Source: an uncultured bacterium | Lineage (GTDB): Bacteria; Abyssobacteria; SURF-5 | Length of the DNA stretch: 16,812 nucleotides | Reading direction: 5' to 3' | Assembly: GCA_964510165.1 (NCBI GenBank) | Contig: CAZEBC010000025.1 | Coordinates: forward strand, 1 to 16,812 | Made by a program: the position numbers and the translations under genes | In this document: positions 1 to 8,074 of the stretch, one piece after another | Numbering within the stretch: position 1 is the stretch's first letter | Layout of the letters: every line of letters begins with the position of its first letter | The notes under the pieces: generated by a model | Told to the model about the DNA's origin: nothing | Databases searched by the model: none | Seen by the model: the letters and a program-made list of their open reading frames with translations, nothing else

Positions 1-63
1 AGACAGCCCATTTCATCAGCGAAAATCTTGGCAATCTGCGGATAGATGATCTCAGGTTTTCTA

Positions 64-588
64 TCATTGCTTCTGCCGCAGGATGTCCGCCGCCTTCTTG
101 AGGGCGTCCGGGTCGGCGGATGCAAGCAGGCTCTGTATCTCGCGCTTCAGATCGTCCGACTTCTCACTCGGAGGCGGACCGGCCTCGATGCCGAGCTCTC
201 TCTTGACCATGCCGACGAAGTCCTCGGCGCGCACCGGCTTCTCCAGGTATACCTGCGGCCCCTGAATCGTCCGTCCCTCAAGAATCTCCTTCAGATCATG
301 GCTGCCGAGTTCATCGCGGGCGTGCGCGGTCACGATGACCACAGGAATGCGCGCCCACTCCTTATGCTTGCGGAGTTCATACAGAAACTTGACGCCCGAC
401 TTGCGCGGCATCACCAGGTCGCACGAGATAAAGTCGGGAACGCGCTCCTTCATCCTCTGAAGAGCCTCTTCGCCGTTGGTGGCCGTCACCACGTTGAAGC
501 CCGCGTCCTCGAGGGCCGTCTGCAAGAAAAACACCACATCGGGCTCATCATCAACAACCAGAACAGTTTTCTCTGATGGAGTCGCCAT
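64..588 (-). CDS. Response regulator (receiver domain plus short C-terminal extension, no DNA-binding domain)
   Basis: VLVVDDEPD acidic pocket, phospho-acceptor in ISCDLVMP, VTAH, YLEKP. Start placed at ATG 588 (MATPSEK), preceded by AAAGGA RBS. Confidence 0.9.
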   Translation of the reverse strand: MATPSEKTVLVVDDEPDVVFFLQTALEDAGFNVVTATNGEEALQRMKERVPDFISCDLVMPRKSGVKFLYELRKHKEWARIPVVIVTAHARDELGSHDLKEILEGRTIQGPQVYLEKPVRAEDFVGMVKRELGIEAGPPPSEKSDDLKREIQSLLASADPDALKKAADILRQKQ

Positions 589-667
589 TGTCGTTCCTTT
601 CACCGTTTCATGGTGACAGATTGCCGCGCGCGACGCGCGAATCAAATCCCCTCCGCAACACTTCCGG

Positions 668-2476
668 TCAGCCGGTCCCCGCCTCCGCCGTCTGTGTAGG
701 CTGGGGAAGCCTGTCGCGGGGAAAGACTAGCCGGAACAGTGAGCCTTCCCCAGGAGTAGATTCTACCATAATCTTGCCGCCGTGTTCCTGCACGATCTTC
801 CGCGTGAGCAACAGGCCCAGTCCCGTTCCGCCGGTCCCCTTCGTCGTGAAGAAGTTCGTGAACACTTTCTGCTTTATCTCGTAATCCATGCCGGCGCCTT
901 CATCGGCCACCTCGTACACGAGGGAATCCCCTTCCTCCTTGCAGCGCACGGTCACCCTGCACGCCGTTTTCTCGCTCATCTGGCAGGCGTCCAGGGCGTT
1001 GGAAACGAGGTTCGCGAGGCAGGTGTGTATTTCCTCAGCATCGAGCGGGGCAGAAGAGACCGATTCGTCGGTCTCAGCAACCAGGATAATGCCGCCCTGT
1101 CGGGCGCTCTCCTGGTACAGCGACACGATGTCCTGCACGAGGTCGTTGGGGTTGACCACGCTCACGTGGGGAGTCCGGCCCTTCGAGAAATTCAGCAGGT
1201 TCTTCACCAAAGTTGATATCTTGGCGATGTTACGCTTGAGCATATCCCAGCCGACGTCAATGCGGTCTTGCTGATGTTTCTGCAAGCCCGAGTTCACGAC
1301 GTACATGCCACCCTCAAGCCCTGTCAGGATGTTCTTGATCCCGTGCGCCAGCCCGGCCACCGTCTGGCCGACCGCCGCCATCCGCTCGGCCTCTATCTTC
1401 TCGCGTTCGAGTTGCTTTATCTTGCGGAGGTCCTGAAGGAAGATGGCGACCCCGATCGACTTGGAATCCCTTTTCAATGGCACGCCGGAGAAGCGGACCG
1501 GCACCACCTCGCCGTCACTCGCGCAGACCGTGGTGTCCGGCAACACACAGACACCCTGATTGGCCGCCATCGCCTCCTTGAACTCAGGGGGAAACGCCGA
1601 CTCCGGCACATGCTGGCCCATCAGTTCGGTGCTTCGATATTTGAGAATCGATTCGGCGGCAGGATTGAAAATCATGATTCTCTCGTCCGTGCCGAGCGCG
1701 ATGACGCCGTCAACCGAGTTCTCGATCAGGTTCTCACGAAGCGCGTTGGCGAGCGCAAGTTCATCCTCGAGATGGTGCACCTCGGTCATGTCCAGCGCCA
1801 TCTGGATCACGTGGGAAATGGGCTCGCCACGGGATAGCGGCGTGGTGCTCACGATGTAATACGTCTGCTTGCCGTCCTTGCTCACGCCGACGTGCGCGCT
1901 GCTGTGCGAGTGACCGTCCACAAACGTCATCTGCGCCGTGCAGTCCTCGCATTTTTCGCTCCGTCGTTTGTAAATCTCGTAACAATGCTGCCCCGTCGTC
2001 TCGCCGAATGTCTCGCGGAACCGCTCGTTGGCGCGCACTATCCGCAAGTCCCGGTTCAGCACGGCCACGAAGCACGGCACCCGCTCGAACAGAATCTGGT
2101 ATTCCCGCTGGAGCCGCTTGGTCTCGGTGATATCGGTGGACATCTCCACCACGTGCGATATCTTACCGTTCACGTCGTAGATGGGGGCTATGTGCGAGAT
2201 GAAGTATGCGGGCCGCCCCTTTCGGTCGATTCCCTCCTCATCGTTCACTCTCAGCTTGCCGTCCTTGAACGTCTTGGCCGCAGGGCATGCCTCGCACGGC
2301 TTGGTCCTGCTCTTGTACACTTCGTAACACGGCCGACCCTTGCCCTCACCGAACACGTCGGCGAAACTGCGGTTGTTCTCGACAATCGTGTAATTGCGGT
2401 CAATGATGGCTATGTTACACGGGACCCAGTCGAACAACTGGTCGTATAGCCATCGTTGCCAATCAAGGTGATCCAT
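668..2476 (-). CDS. Cytoplasmic multi-PAS sensor histidine kinase (3 PAS + HisKA + HATPase)
   Basis: H-box AGLAHGIKNILTG, N-box NLVSNALDA, G1 DEGAGM, F-box FTNFFTTK, G2 GTGLGL. Three PAS-like repeats; no evident TM helix. Confidence 0.93.
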   Translation of the reverse strand: MDHLDWQRWLYDQLFDWVPCNIAIIDRNYTIVENNRSFADVFGEGKGRPCYEVYKSRTKPCEACPAAKTFKDGKLRVNDEEGIDRKGRPAYFISHIAPIYDVNGKISHVVEMSTDITETKRLQREYQILFERVPCFVAVLNRDLRIVRANERFRETFGETTGQHCYEIYKRRSEKCEDCTAQMTFVDGHSHSSAHVGVSKDGKQTYYIVSTTPLSRGEPISHVIQMALDMTEVHHLEDELALANALRENLIENSVDGVIALGTDERIMIFNPAAESILKYRSTELMGQHVPESAFPPEFKEAMAANQGVCVLPDTTVCASDGEVVPVRFSGVPLKRDSKSIGVAIFLQDLRKIKQLEREKIEAERMAAVGQTVAGLAHGIKNILTGLEGGMYVVNSGLQKHQQDRIDVGWDMLKRNIAKISTLVKNLLNFSKGRTPHVSVVNPNDLVQDIVSLYQESARQGGIILVAETDESVSSAPLDAEEIHTCLANLVSNALDACQMSEKTACRVTVRCKEEGDSLVYEVADEGAGMDYEIKQKVFTNFFTTKGTGGTGLGLLLTRKIVQEHGGKIMVESTPGEGSLFRLVFPRDRLPQPTQTAEAGTG

Positions 2477-2487
2477 TTCAGTACCTC

Positions 2488-2868
2488 TTACGACGTGAGT
2501 CTTTGAATCGCATCTATCAGAACCGCCAGGTCTATCGGCTTCTCGATGTAGCCGTCCGGCTCGCGCCTGTCACCGTTGCTCCCGAATAGCCGGCCGAGTT
2601 CCTGCTGCACGTTCAGCCCGCTGATGATCAGGACGGGGATTCCCTTGAGGGTCTTGTCATCCTTGATCCTCTTGTACAGCGAGCAGCCGGTTTCCTCAGG
2701 CATCAGTATGTCCAGGCACACCAGGTCGGGGCGCTGCGTCCGGACCAGATCGAAGCCGTCGTTGGCGTTGGTCGCCGAGCAGACCTCGAACCCGTTGTCC
2801 TGCAAGACGGAACTCAGGTATGTGACAATATCCTGCTCGTCATCTATAATCGCGATCTTCTTTTTCAT
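2488..2868 (-). CDS. Single-domain response regulator, Rrf1/DivK-like
   Basis: IAIIDDEQD, LDILMPEETG, IISGL, YIEKP. 126 aa, receiver only. It follows Hmc-like genes, as rrf1 does in the Desulfovibrio hmc operon. Confidence 0.9.
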   Translation of the reverse strand: MKKKIAIIDDEQDIVTYLSSVLQDNGFEVCSATNANDGFDLVRTQRPDLVCLDILMPEETGCSLYKRIKDDKTLKGIPVLIISGLNVQQELGRLFGSNGDRREPDGYIEKPIDLAVLIDAIQRLTS

Positions 2869-2896
2869 ATCTCATCAACTGTTCTCTTGTAGTGAC

Positions 2897-4846
2897 TCAT
2901 CCTCTCGAAATCAGTGTCTCCGATTTTGGCTGCGGATAAGGCTCGATGATGGTCAGCATGGACTCATCCAGCCCCTGATGGCATGCCGCGCAGCGCGCAA
3001 GGTCCGGAGCAAGCTCCGCCTTCTCCGTCTGTTTCTGCTTGTGGCATTCGACGCACAGATTATGCATCGCGGTCATGTACCCGGCGGCAAACCCTTCGAG
3101 CTTCTCCTCAGCCTTCACGAAGCTATTTGGCGCCCGCATGTTCTTGTGACATTCCTCGCACTGAGTGACGGTCTGGCGGTTCTTGGATTGTGCCGGGTCG
3201 CGATGACACTCGACGCAACCGCCCTTCTCTTCGAGCTTTCCCCGATGGTATTCGTGATCGAATATGTCGGTCGTCAGGAACATGTCGCGGTGGCATTCGT
3301 TACAGGATGTGTCCTTGTCGAGCGGCTTGTTCATGTGGTGACACATGCCGCAGGATTCCTTGCCGCCGTTCTTCTCCTGATGCATGTCATGATTGAACAG
3401 GACAAACTTGTTGTTGCGGTCACCATCAATGAGGAGCATCTCCTTCTTCTCGCCATTGACGGGATTCTCGCTCGCGCCAGGCTCATACAGCGCGTACACA
3501 AAAAGCAGTCCATCTTCGGCTTTGGTCTCGAGTCCGTCAACGCGACGAGCGCCTTCAACCGGCGTTTGCTCCGGCGTCACTCCTCCTATCGTGTAATCGG
3601 GCATAAGCGCCAACGCAAGGGCGGCGCCTATGACGAAGATCAGCGAGTACACCCGTACCCCCGCCATGTTCGACCAGCCCAGCCTCACTCCGGTCACCGG
3701 GTCGGCCTCCGGAATGTCGTATTTCTCCTGCCTCGCCGCCCTCGGCTCTTCATAGACGTGGAAATTCTCCACGAAGAAGAAGAACGCCAGCCCTGCTGCC
3801 GAGACGATGCCTATGCTGACCGCAAACTCGGTCCAGGACGGGAAGTAGCGCGAGCCGGTCTCGGAAACCGACGCAAGCCCGCTCACATTGATCCGGTTCA
3901 GCACGAAGCCGAGCACGGCCATGCCCGCGCCGGTCGCCAGGCCGCCAATGCTTTCTCGCACCTTCGCCGAGGAAAACAGAAGCGCCGGCACAATCGCGCT
4001 TATCAGCAACTCGAAAATGAACAGGCCGCCTTCCCATGAATCGGCCAGATAATGCAGCTTGCCGGTGACCGCCACATCAACCAGCCGCATTGCGGCGTAC
4101 AACCCGAGCACATATGCCGCCGCCCTGGCAAGCCCTTTGAGCAGGTCGGTTTCCGCATGCTTCTTATATAGCCAGGATGTCACCATGGACTCCGTCATCA
4201 CCATCGTCAGGCCGAGCCCGATCGCCGAGACAAAGAACAATATCGGCAGGATGGGCGAATACCACAATGGATGCGTCCGGTACGGCATGATGAGGAACAG
4301 CGTGCCGAGCGATGACTGATGCAGCGTCGAGAGCATGATCCCCAAAATCACGAGTGGCAGCGTCAGCGCCTTCAATATCTTGTAAAGCGTCTGGAAAATG
4401 GGAATCTGGATGCGTTCAAGCACGACGGGCGCGAATTCGAGCTGGAGCACCGTGAAATACAGCATCACGCACCAGGCAACCTCGAACAGCGCCGAATGAT
4501 GCTGCCAGAAGAACATCGGTCGCCATATGTTCCACGGTATCCCGATGTCGAACATCAAGCCCCCGACGACCGCCGCGTACCCCAAGAACGCGGTCAGCAC
4601 GGCCGGCCTCAGGAACGGCCGATATTTCTCCATATGGAAGATGTAGACGGTCGCCGCGATGACGAAGCCGCCCGCCGCCAAAGCGACGCCTCCGAGCACG
4701 TCAAACCCGATCCACAGCCCCCACGGCGTCATGTCGGTGAGCGCGGTCACCGTTCCAAGTCCCTTAAGGAACCGGAACACGGTCACCGTGGCGGCCACCC
4801 CAACCAGGAACCACAAGATTGCTTTTACAGTCCTGAGTCTAGTCAT
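2897..4846 (-). CDS. NrfD/HybB/HmcC-family integral membrane subunit fused to a C-terminal six-heme cytochrome c3-like domain
   Basis: PWGLWIGFDVLGGVALAAGGF and STLHQSSLG motifs of HybB/HmcC with about 10 TM helices, then one extra TM helix. Six CxxCH motifs (CGMCH, CNECH, CVECH, CEECH, CVECH, CAACH) plus FNHDMH, FDHEYH and AMHNLC class III cytochrome signatures. Confidence 0.9.
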   Translation of the reverse strand: MTRLRTVKAILWFLVGVAATVTVFRFLKGLGTVTALTDMTPWGLWIGFDVLGGVALAAGGFVIAATVYIFHMEKYRPFLRPAVLTAFLGYAAVVGGLMFDIGIPWNIWRPMFFWQHHSALFEVAWCVMLYFTVLQLEFAPVVLERIQIPIFQTLYKILKALTLPLVILGIMLSTLHQSSLGTLFLIMPYRTHPLWYSPILPILFFVSAIGLGLTMVMTESMVTSWLYKKHAETDLLKGLARAAAYVLGLYAAMRLVDVAVTGKLHYLADSWEGGLFIFELLISAIVPALLFSSAKVRESIGGLATGAGMAVLGFVLNRINVSGLASVSETGSRYFPSWTEFAVSIGIVSAAGLAFFFFVENFHVYEEPRAARQEKYDIPEADPVTGVRLGWSNMAGVRVYSLIFVIGAALALALMPDYTIGGVTPEQTPVEGARRVDGLETKAEDGLLFVYALYEPGASENPVNGEKKEMLLIDGDRNNKFVLFNHDMHQEKNGGKESCGMCHHMNKPLDKDTSCNECHRDMFLTTDIFDHEYHRGKLEEKGGCVECHRDPAQSKNRQTVTQCEECHKNMRAPNSFVKAEEKLEGFAAGYMTAMHNLCVECHKQKQTEKAELAPDLARCAACHQGLDESMLTIIEPYPQPKSETLISRG

Positions 4847-5664
4847 TTCTTCGCCTCTGAATTATCTTCGCCTTTGTCGGTCGCCGAGTTCTGTCCGTTG
4901 GAATCGCCCATTGCCTCGGCCTGCAGTTTCATGCGTCGGTCAATGATCCAGTACACGCCGTACATCATGGCGCCCACTCCGATGAATACGCCGGGCACCT
5001 TGTTCAGGAACACCCACGTCTTGTGCGGGAGCGGGTCCTTCTCCAACTCGGGCTTCAGCCCGAGGAAGTCCAGACTGATGTCGGACACATAGAGAACCGA
5101 GGTCCCGCCGACATCATGCTCTCCGTATACCTTGTTGATGTAAAGATCGGGCTTTTCCTCGATTCTTTTGTGGGCTTCGACCAATAGTTCCTCGCGTTCG
5201 CCGTAAATGGTCGCTTTTTCAGGACAGGCTGCGGTGCACGCCGGCTGCTCGAGTTCGCCGCTCTTGATCTTGTCGTAGCACATGACGCACTTGCGCACAT
5301 ACGGAACCGACTGCGCCCAGTCGTAGCGCGGGATGCCGTACGGGCACGCCATCATGCAGTAGCGGCAGCCCATGCATATCTTCGAGTTGTACACGACCGG
5401 CCCCTCAGGCGTCTTGTGCATCGCGCCGACGGGACACACTGACGCGCATGCCGGCTCCAGGCAGTGCCGGCACTGTTTTCGCACGTAGTGTTTCTGCGGG
5501 CGGTTGACGACGGTGGTCCACCGGCTGGCGGACAGGTCATCAATCTTTCTCTGCCACCGCCAGGGCCTGTCGTCTCCCGTCTCGTTGGTCTTCTTGCACG
5601 CGGCCACGCATTCCTCGCAGCCGATGCACTTGGTCACGTCTGTCAGAATGCTCATCTGTTTCAT
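4843..5664 (-). CDS. 4x[4Fe-4S] electron-transfer subunit (HybA/HmcB/FdnH family) with C-terminal TM anchor
   Basis: CIGCEECVAAC, CRHCLEPACASVCP, CMGCRYCMMACP, CVMC...PACTAACP; YGEHDVGGTSVLY; hydrophobic C-terminal helix. ATGA overlaps with both neighbours. Confidence 0.92.
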   Translation of the reverse strand: MKQMSILTDVTKCIGCEECVAACKKTNETGDDRPWRWQRKIDDLSASRWTTVVNRPQKHYVRKQCRHCLEPACASVCPVGAMHKTPEGPVVYNSKICMGCRYCMMACPYGIPRYDWAQSVPYVRKCVMCYDKIKSGELEQPACTAACPEKATIYGEREELLVEAHKRIEEKPDLYINKVYGEHDVGGTSVLYVSDISLDFLGLKPELEKDPLPHKTWVFLNKVPGVFIGVGAMMYGVYWIIDRRMKLQAEAMGDSNGQNSATDKGEDNSEAKK

Positions 5665-6365
5665 ATCGGCACGTTCTCTTTCTTAAGGGCCCTTGCAACG
5701 TCATCGCCCGATTCCGCGGGGAAACGCCAGCCCACTTCCGACACAAGCTGGGTCGCGGGCAACAACACGATGTGGCCGAGCTTGCTGAACGGAATCATGA
5801 CGAATATCACATTGGCGCTCATCACATGAATGAACATCACGAGGTTGTAATCGGCGGGGTTCCAGGCCGGATGCATCGCGAAGAATCCCGTTATGAACGG
5901 AATCACGAGCATCGCCGGAATCACCAGGTCCTGCACGCGGCTGATCCGCCTTGACTCGCGGTTGCTGAGCCGGCCCGCCAATAGCCCGATGGCCGCCGCA
6001 ATCGTCACCAGCGTGAGCGCATCGGCGAGCGCGTGCGGAATCGACGGCCAGGCTATCCCGAGTCCCCGCTCCCACAGCTCGATATGTGGAAGCAGGAAGA
6101 TGGGCGTCAGAATCAGTCCGACATGGAAGACCACCGACATCACGCTGTACACCGGCCGGTTGACTCCCATCTTCTTGAATGGGATAAGCCAATCGATCGT
6201 GGTCTTGAACACCACCTTGTAGGGAATATTCTTATCGCCCGCGCGCCTGATCGCCAGGATGATCTCGACAGCCTCGACGACCACGTTGCGAGCGAGCGCC
6301 AGAACCATCAGCAGGAATGCGAACTTGAACACCGGGCCTCGTGCCCACTCCAACCATTGTTCCAT
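5661..6365 (-). CDS. NarI/DsrM/HmcE-like membrane cytochrome b subunit
   Basis: N-terminal WARGP motif, about 5 TM helices, four candidate heme b histidines (VFHVG, LPHIE, FIHVM, LGHIV), IPFSKLGH motif. Confidence 0.85.
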   Translation of the reverse strand: MEQWLEWARGPVFKFAFLLMVLALARNVVVEAVEIILAIRRAGDKNIPYKVVFKTTIDWLIPFKKMGVNRPVYSVMSVVFHVGLILTPIFLLPHIELWERGLGIAWPSIPHALADALTLVTIAAAIGLLAGRLSNRESRRISRVQDLVIPAMLVIPFITGFFAMHPAWNPADYNLVMFIHVMSANVIFVMIPFSKLGHIVLLPATQLVSEVGWRFPAESGDDVARALKKENVPI

Positions 6366-6369
6366 TGCT

Positions 6370-7752
6370 CTATTCCTTCTCTTCCTCTTCTTCGCCCTTT
6401 GGTCTTATGCCGTAGTATTCGTAGTCAATGGCCTTCAGCACCAGGTCGTGAAGGCCGATCACTTCCATGTCGTGCAGTTCGTTGTCCTCGCACACCTCGC
6501 GAAGCTGCTTCTTGCAGTTGGCGCACGGAGCCACGATGTACTTGGCGCCGGTCCGCTTGAGTTGCTCGGCCTTGACTCTGCCGCCGATGCCGGTGCGGAA
6601 CTTGCGGATTTCGTCTATCGAGACCGTGCCGCCTCCACCGCCGCAGCAGATATTCATCTGGCCGCTCGGGACCATGTCCACGAAATCCTTGCAGATGGCC
6701 TCGAGTATCTCTCGCGGTTGGTTGATTATCCATTTCGAGCGGGCGATGTTGCAGGGGTCGTGATAGGTGACGCGCTCGGGAATGGAGCCTGCCTTGACTT
6801 TCAGCCGGCCTTCCAGGAGCGCCTTGTGCGTGTATTCCATGATGTTGACGACCGGCGGCGCGTCTCTCCCGCCGCAGAACGTCGGGATGAACGCCTTGGC
6901 CGAGCGCGACGCATGGCCGCATTCGCCGATCAGGATTTTCTTCGCTTTGAGGCGCTTCAGTTCTGTCACCTCTTTCCTCACGATGCGGCACAGAAGCGAG
7001 TCGCTGTAAAACAGGCCGTAGTTGATGCCATCATAGTAGCCGGTCCCGATGGTCCATGAGCCGTTGGTGACGTGCATCACGGCGGCGTTTCCCATGAGCG
7101 TGTCAGGCTCAAGCAGGTAGTCGCTGACCGCCGGGAAGAACACGTATTCGGCGCCCTCGACGTCCATCGGGAATTTCGCGGGCAGGTTGTACATCTCGAT
7201 CAACTCTTCCTCGAGGAACTCGCACGTGTCCTTCAAGGCGATCACGGGAATGGCCGACGTGTTGCCGGTCTTGCCCTGTAGCTGCTCGCGCGTCGCGACG
7301 ACGAGCGCCTTGGGGACGATGCCGACCTCGGCGAGAATCCAGCGCGCCAGATGCGTCATGAGGCCGTGGTCAACTCCCATCGGGCACCCGAATTTGCACC
7401 TGCGGCAGGCCGTGCAGCGATACACCGCTTCGGCCATCTCGTCAATGTAGGCATCGGTCAGCGTGAAGCTGTTGTGAAGCCTCGCCCGAATCGTGCCGCC
7501 GAGCGTGAAATACCGTCGGTACACTCTGAACAGCAGTTCCGAACGGTAACACGGCACGTCTCTCGGGTCGCCGCTTTCCAGAAAGACCTGGCAGTTGCAT
7601 CCGCAGCGCGCACATTTGGTGCTTGTGCGGGTGTACGTGTCAAGCGCCAACCCGTAATTTGAATGTTTCAGAATGGCCGCGAACGCTTCCAGGAAACGCC
7701 GCGGCCGTTCTGTCTCATTGTACGGCTCGACATAGTAAGGGTATTTTGCCAT
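6370..7752 (-). CDS. HmcF/DsrK/HdrD-like Fe-S oxidoreductase with CCG domain
   Basis: CTACRRCKFGCP ferredoxin motif, GECGH, YHDPCN, CCGGGGG and APCANC motifs. Confidence 0.9.
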   Translation of the reverse strand: MAKYPYYVEPYNETERPRRFLEAFAAILKHSNYGLALDTYTRTSTKCARCGCNCQVFLESGDPRDVPCYRSELLFRVYRRYFTLGGTIRARLHNSFTLTDAYIDEMAEAVYRCTACRRCKFGCPMGVDHGLMTHLARWILAEVGIVPKALVVATREQLQGKTGNTSAIPVIALKDTCEFLEEELIEMYNLPAKFPMDVEGAEYVFFPAVSDYLLEPDTLMGNAAVMHVTNGSWTIGTGYYDGINYGLFYSDSLLCRIVRKEVTELKRLKAKKILIGECGHASRSAKAFIPTFCGGRDAPPVVNIMEYTHKALLEGRLKVKAGSIPERVTYHDPCNIARSKWIINQPREILEAICKDFVDMVPSGQMNICCGGGGGTVSIDEIRKFRTGIGGRVKAEQLKRTGAKYIVAPCANCKKQLREVCEDNELHDMEVIGLHDLVLKAIDYEYYGIRPKGEEEEEKE

Positions 7753-7810
7753 GATGTGTTCCTGATTTTGACTGGGGTGTTGTCAAACGAGACTTGCGAA
7801 AAGAGTAAGG

Positions 7811-7827
7811 AGCAAGAGGCGGGCCAA
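7811..7827 (-). promoter_or_regulatory. Sigma54 (-24/-12) promoter for the Hmc-like operon
   Basis: Minus strand TTGGCCCGCCTCTTGCT has exact GG-N10-GC spacing, lies about 60 nt upstream of ATG 7752, and sits next to a divergent sigma54 activator gene. Confidence 0.8.
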
Positions 7828-7880
7828 TGCGCTTACCATGCGGCAACACGGCGTTGCGCACCGCTCTAAGCCCATGTCGC

Positions 7881-7893
7881 AAATATATTGAAA
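7881..7893 (-). promoter_or_regulatory. Putative IHF-binding site
   Basis: Minus strand TTTCAATATATTT resembles WATCAANNNNTTR. It lies in an AT-rich patch between the sigma54 promoter and the candidate enhancer. Confidence 0.45.
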
Positions 7894-7983
7894 AACAAGA
7901 CATTAGCCCGCAATGTCGCGGCAACACCGGCCCCTTGCGACGTTGCGATACGCCGTCGTGCTGCCCCCATCATCCCATGCTGT

Positions 7984-8011
7984 CATGTCACATAATTGAG
8001 ACATGTCACAT
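7984..8011. promoter_or_regulatory. Candidate enhancer (UAS) or operator for the sigma54 activator
   Basis: Imperfect palindrome TGTCACATAATTGAGACA (7986-8003) and direct repeat CATGTCACAT at 7984 and 8002, about 160-180 bp upstream of the -24 element. Confidence 0.5.
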
Positions 8012-8019
8012 TACGCATG

Positions 8020-8048
8020 TTGTATTCCTGGAACGGAGATGTTATAAT
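8020..8048 (+). promoter_or_regulatory. Sigma70 promoter of the activator gene
   Basis: TTGTAT-17-TATAAT with extended -10 TG; AGGGGG RBS before ATG 8075. Confidence 0.7.
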
Positions 8049-8074
8049 ATAGGCAAAACATAAGGGGGCTTATC

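Noticed and set aside
2576-4039. 487-aa plus-strand ORF and other long antisense ORFs (8105-9397, 4319-5092, 6259-7059, 14458-15483)
   Set aside because: They are shadows of well-supported genes on the opposite strand in GC-rich DNA and show no recognisable motifs.
2897-5664. Calling the operon a hydrogenase-2 (hybAB) or formate dehydrogenase
   Set aside because: No NiFe or Mo/W catalytic subunit is present; the partners are HmcE/HmcF-like.
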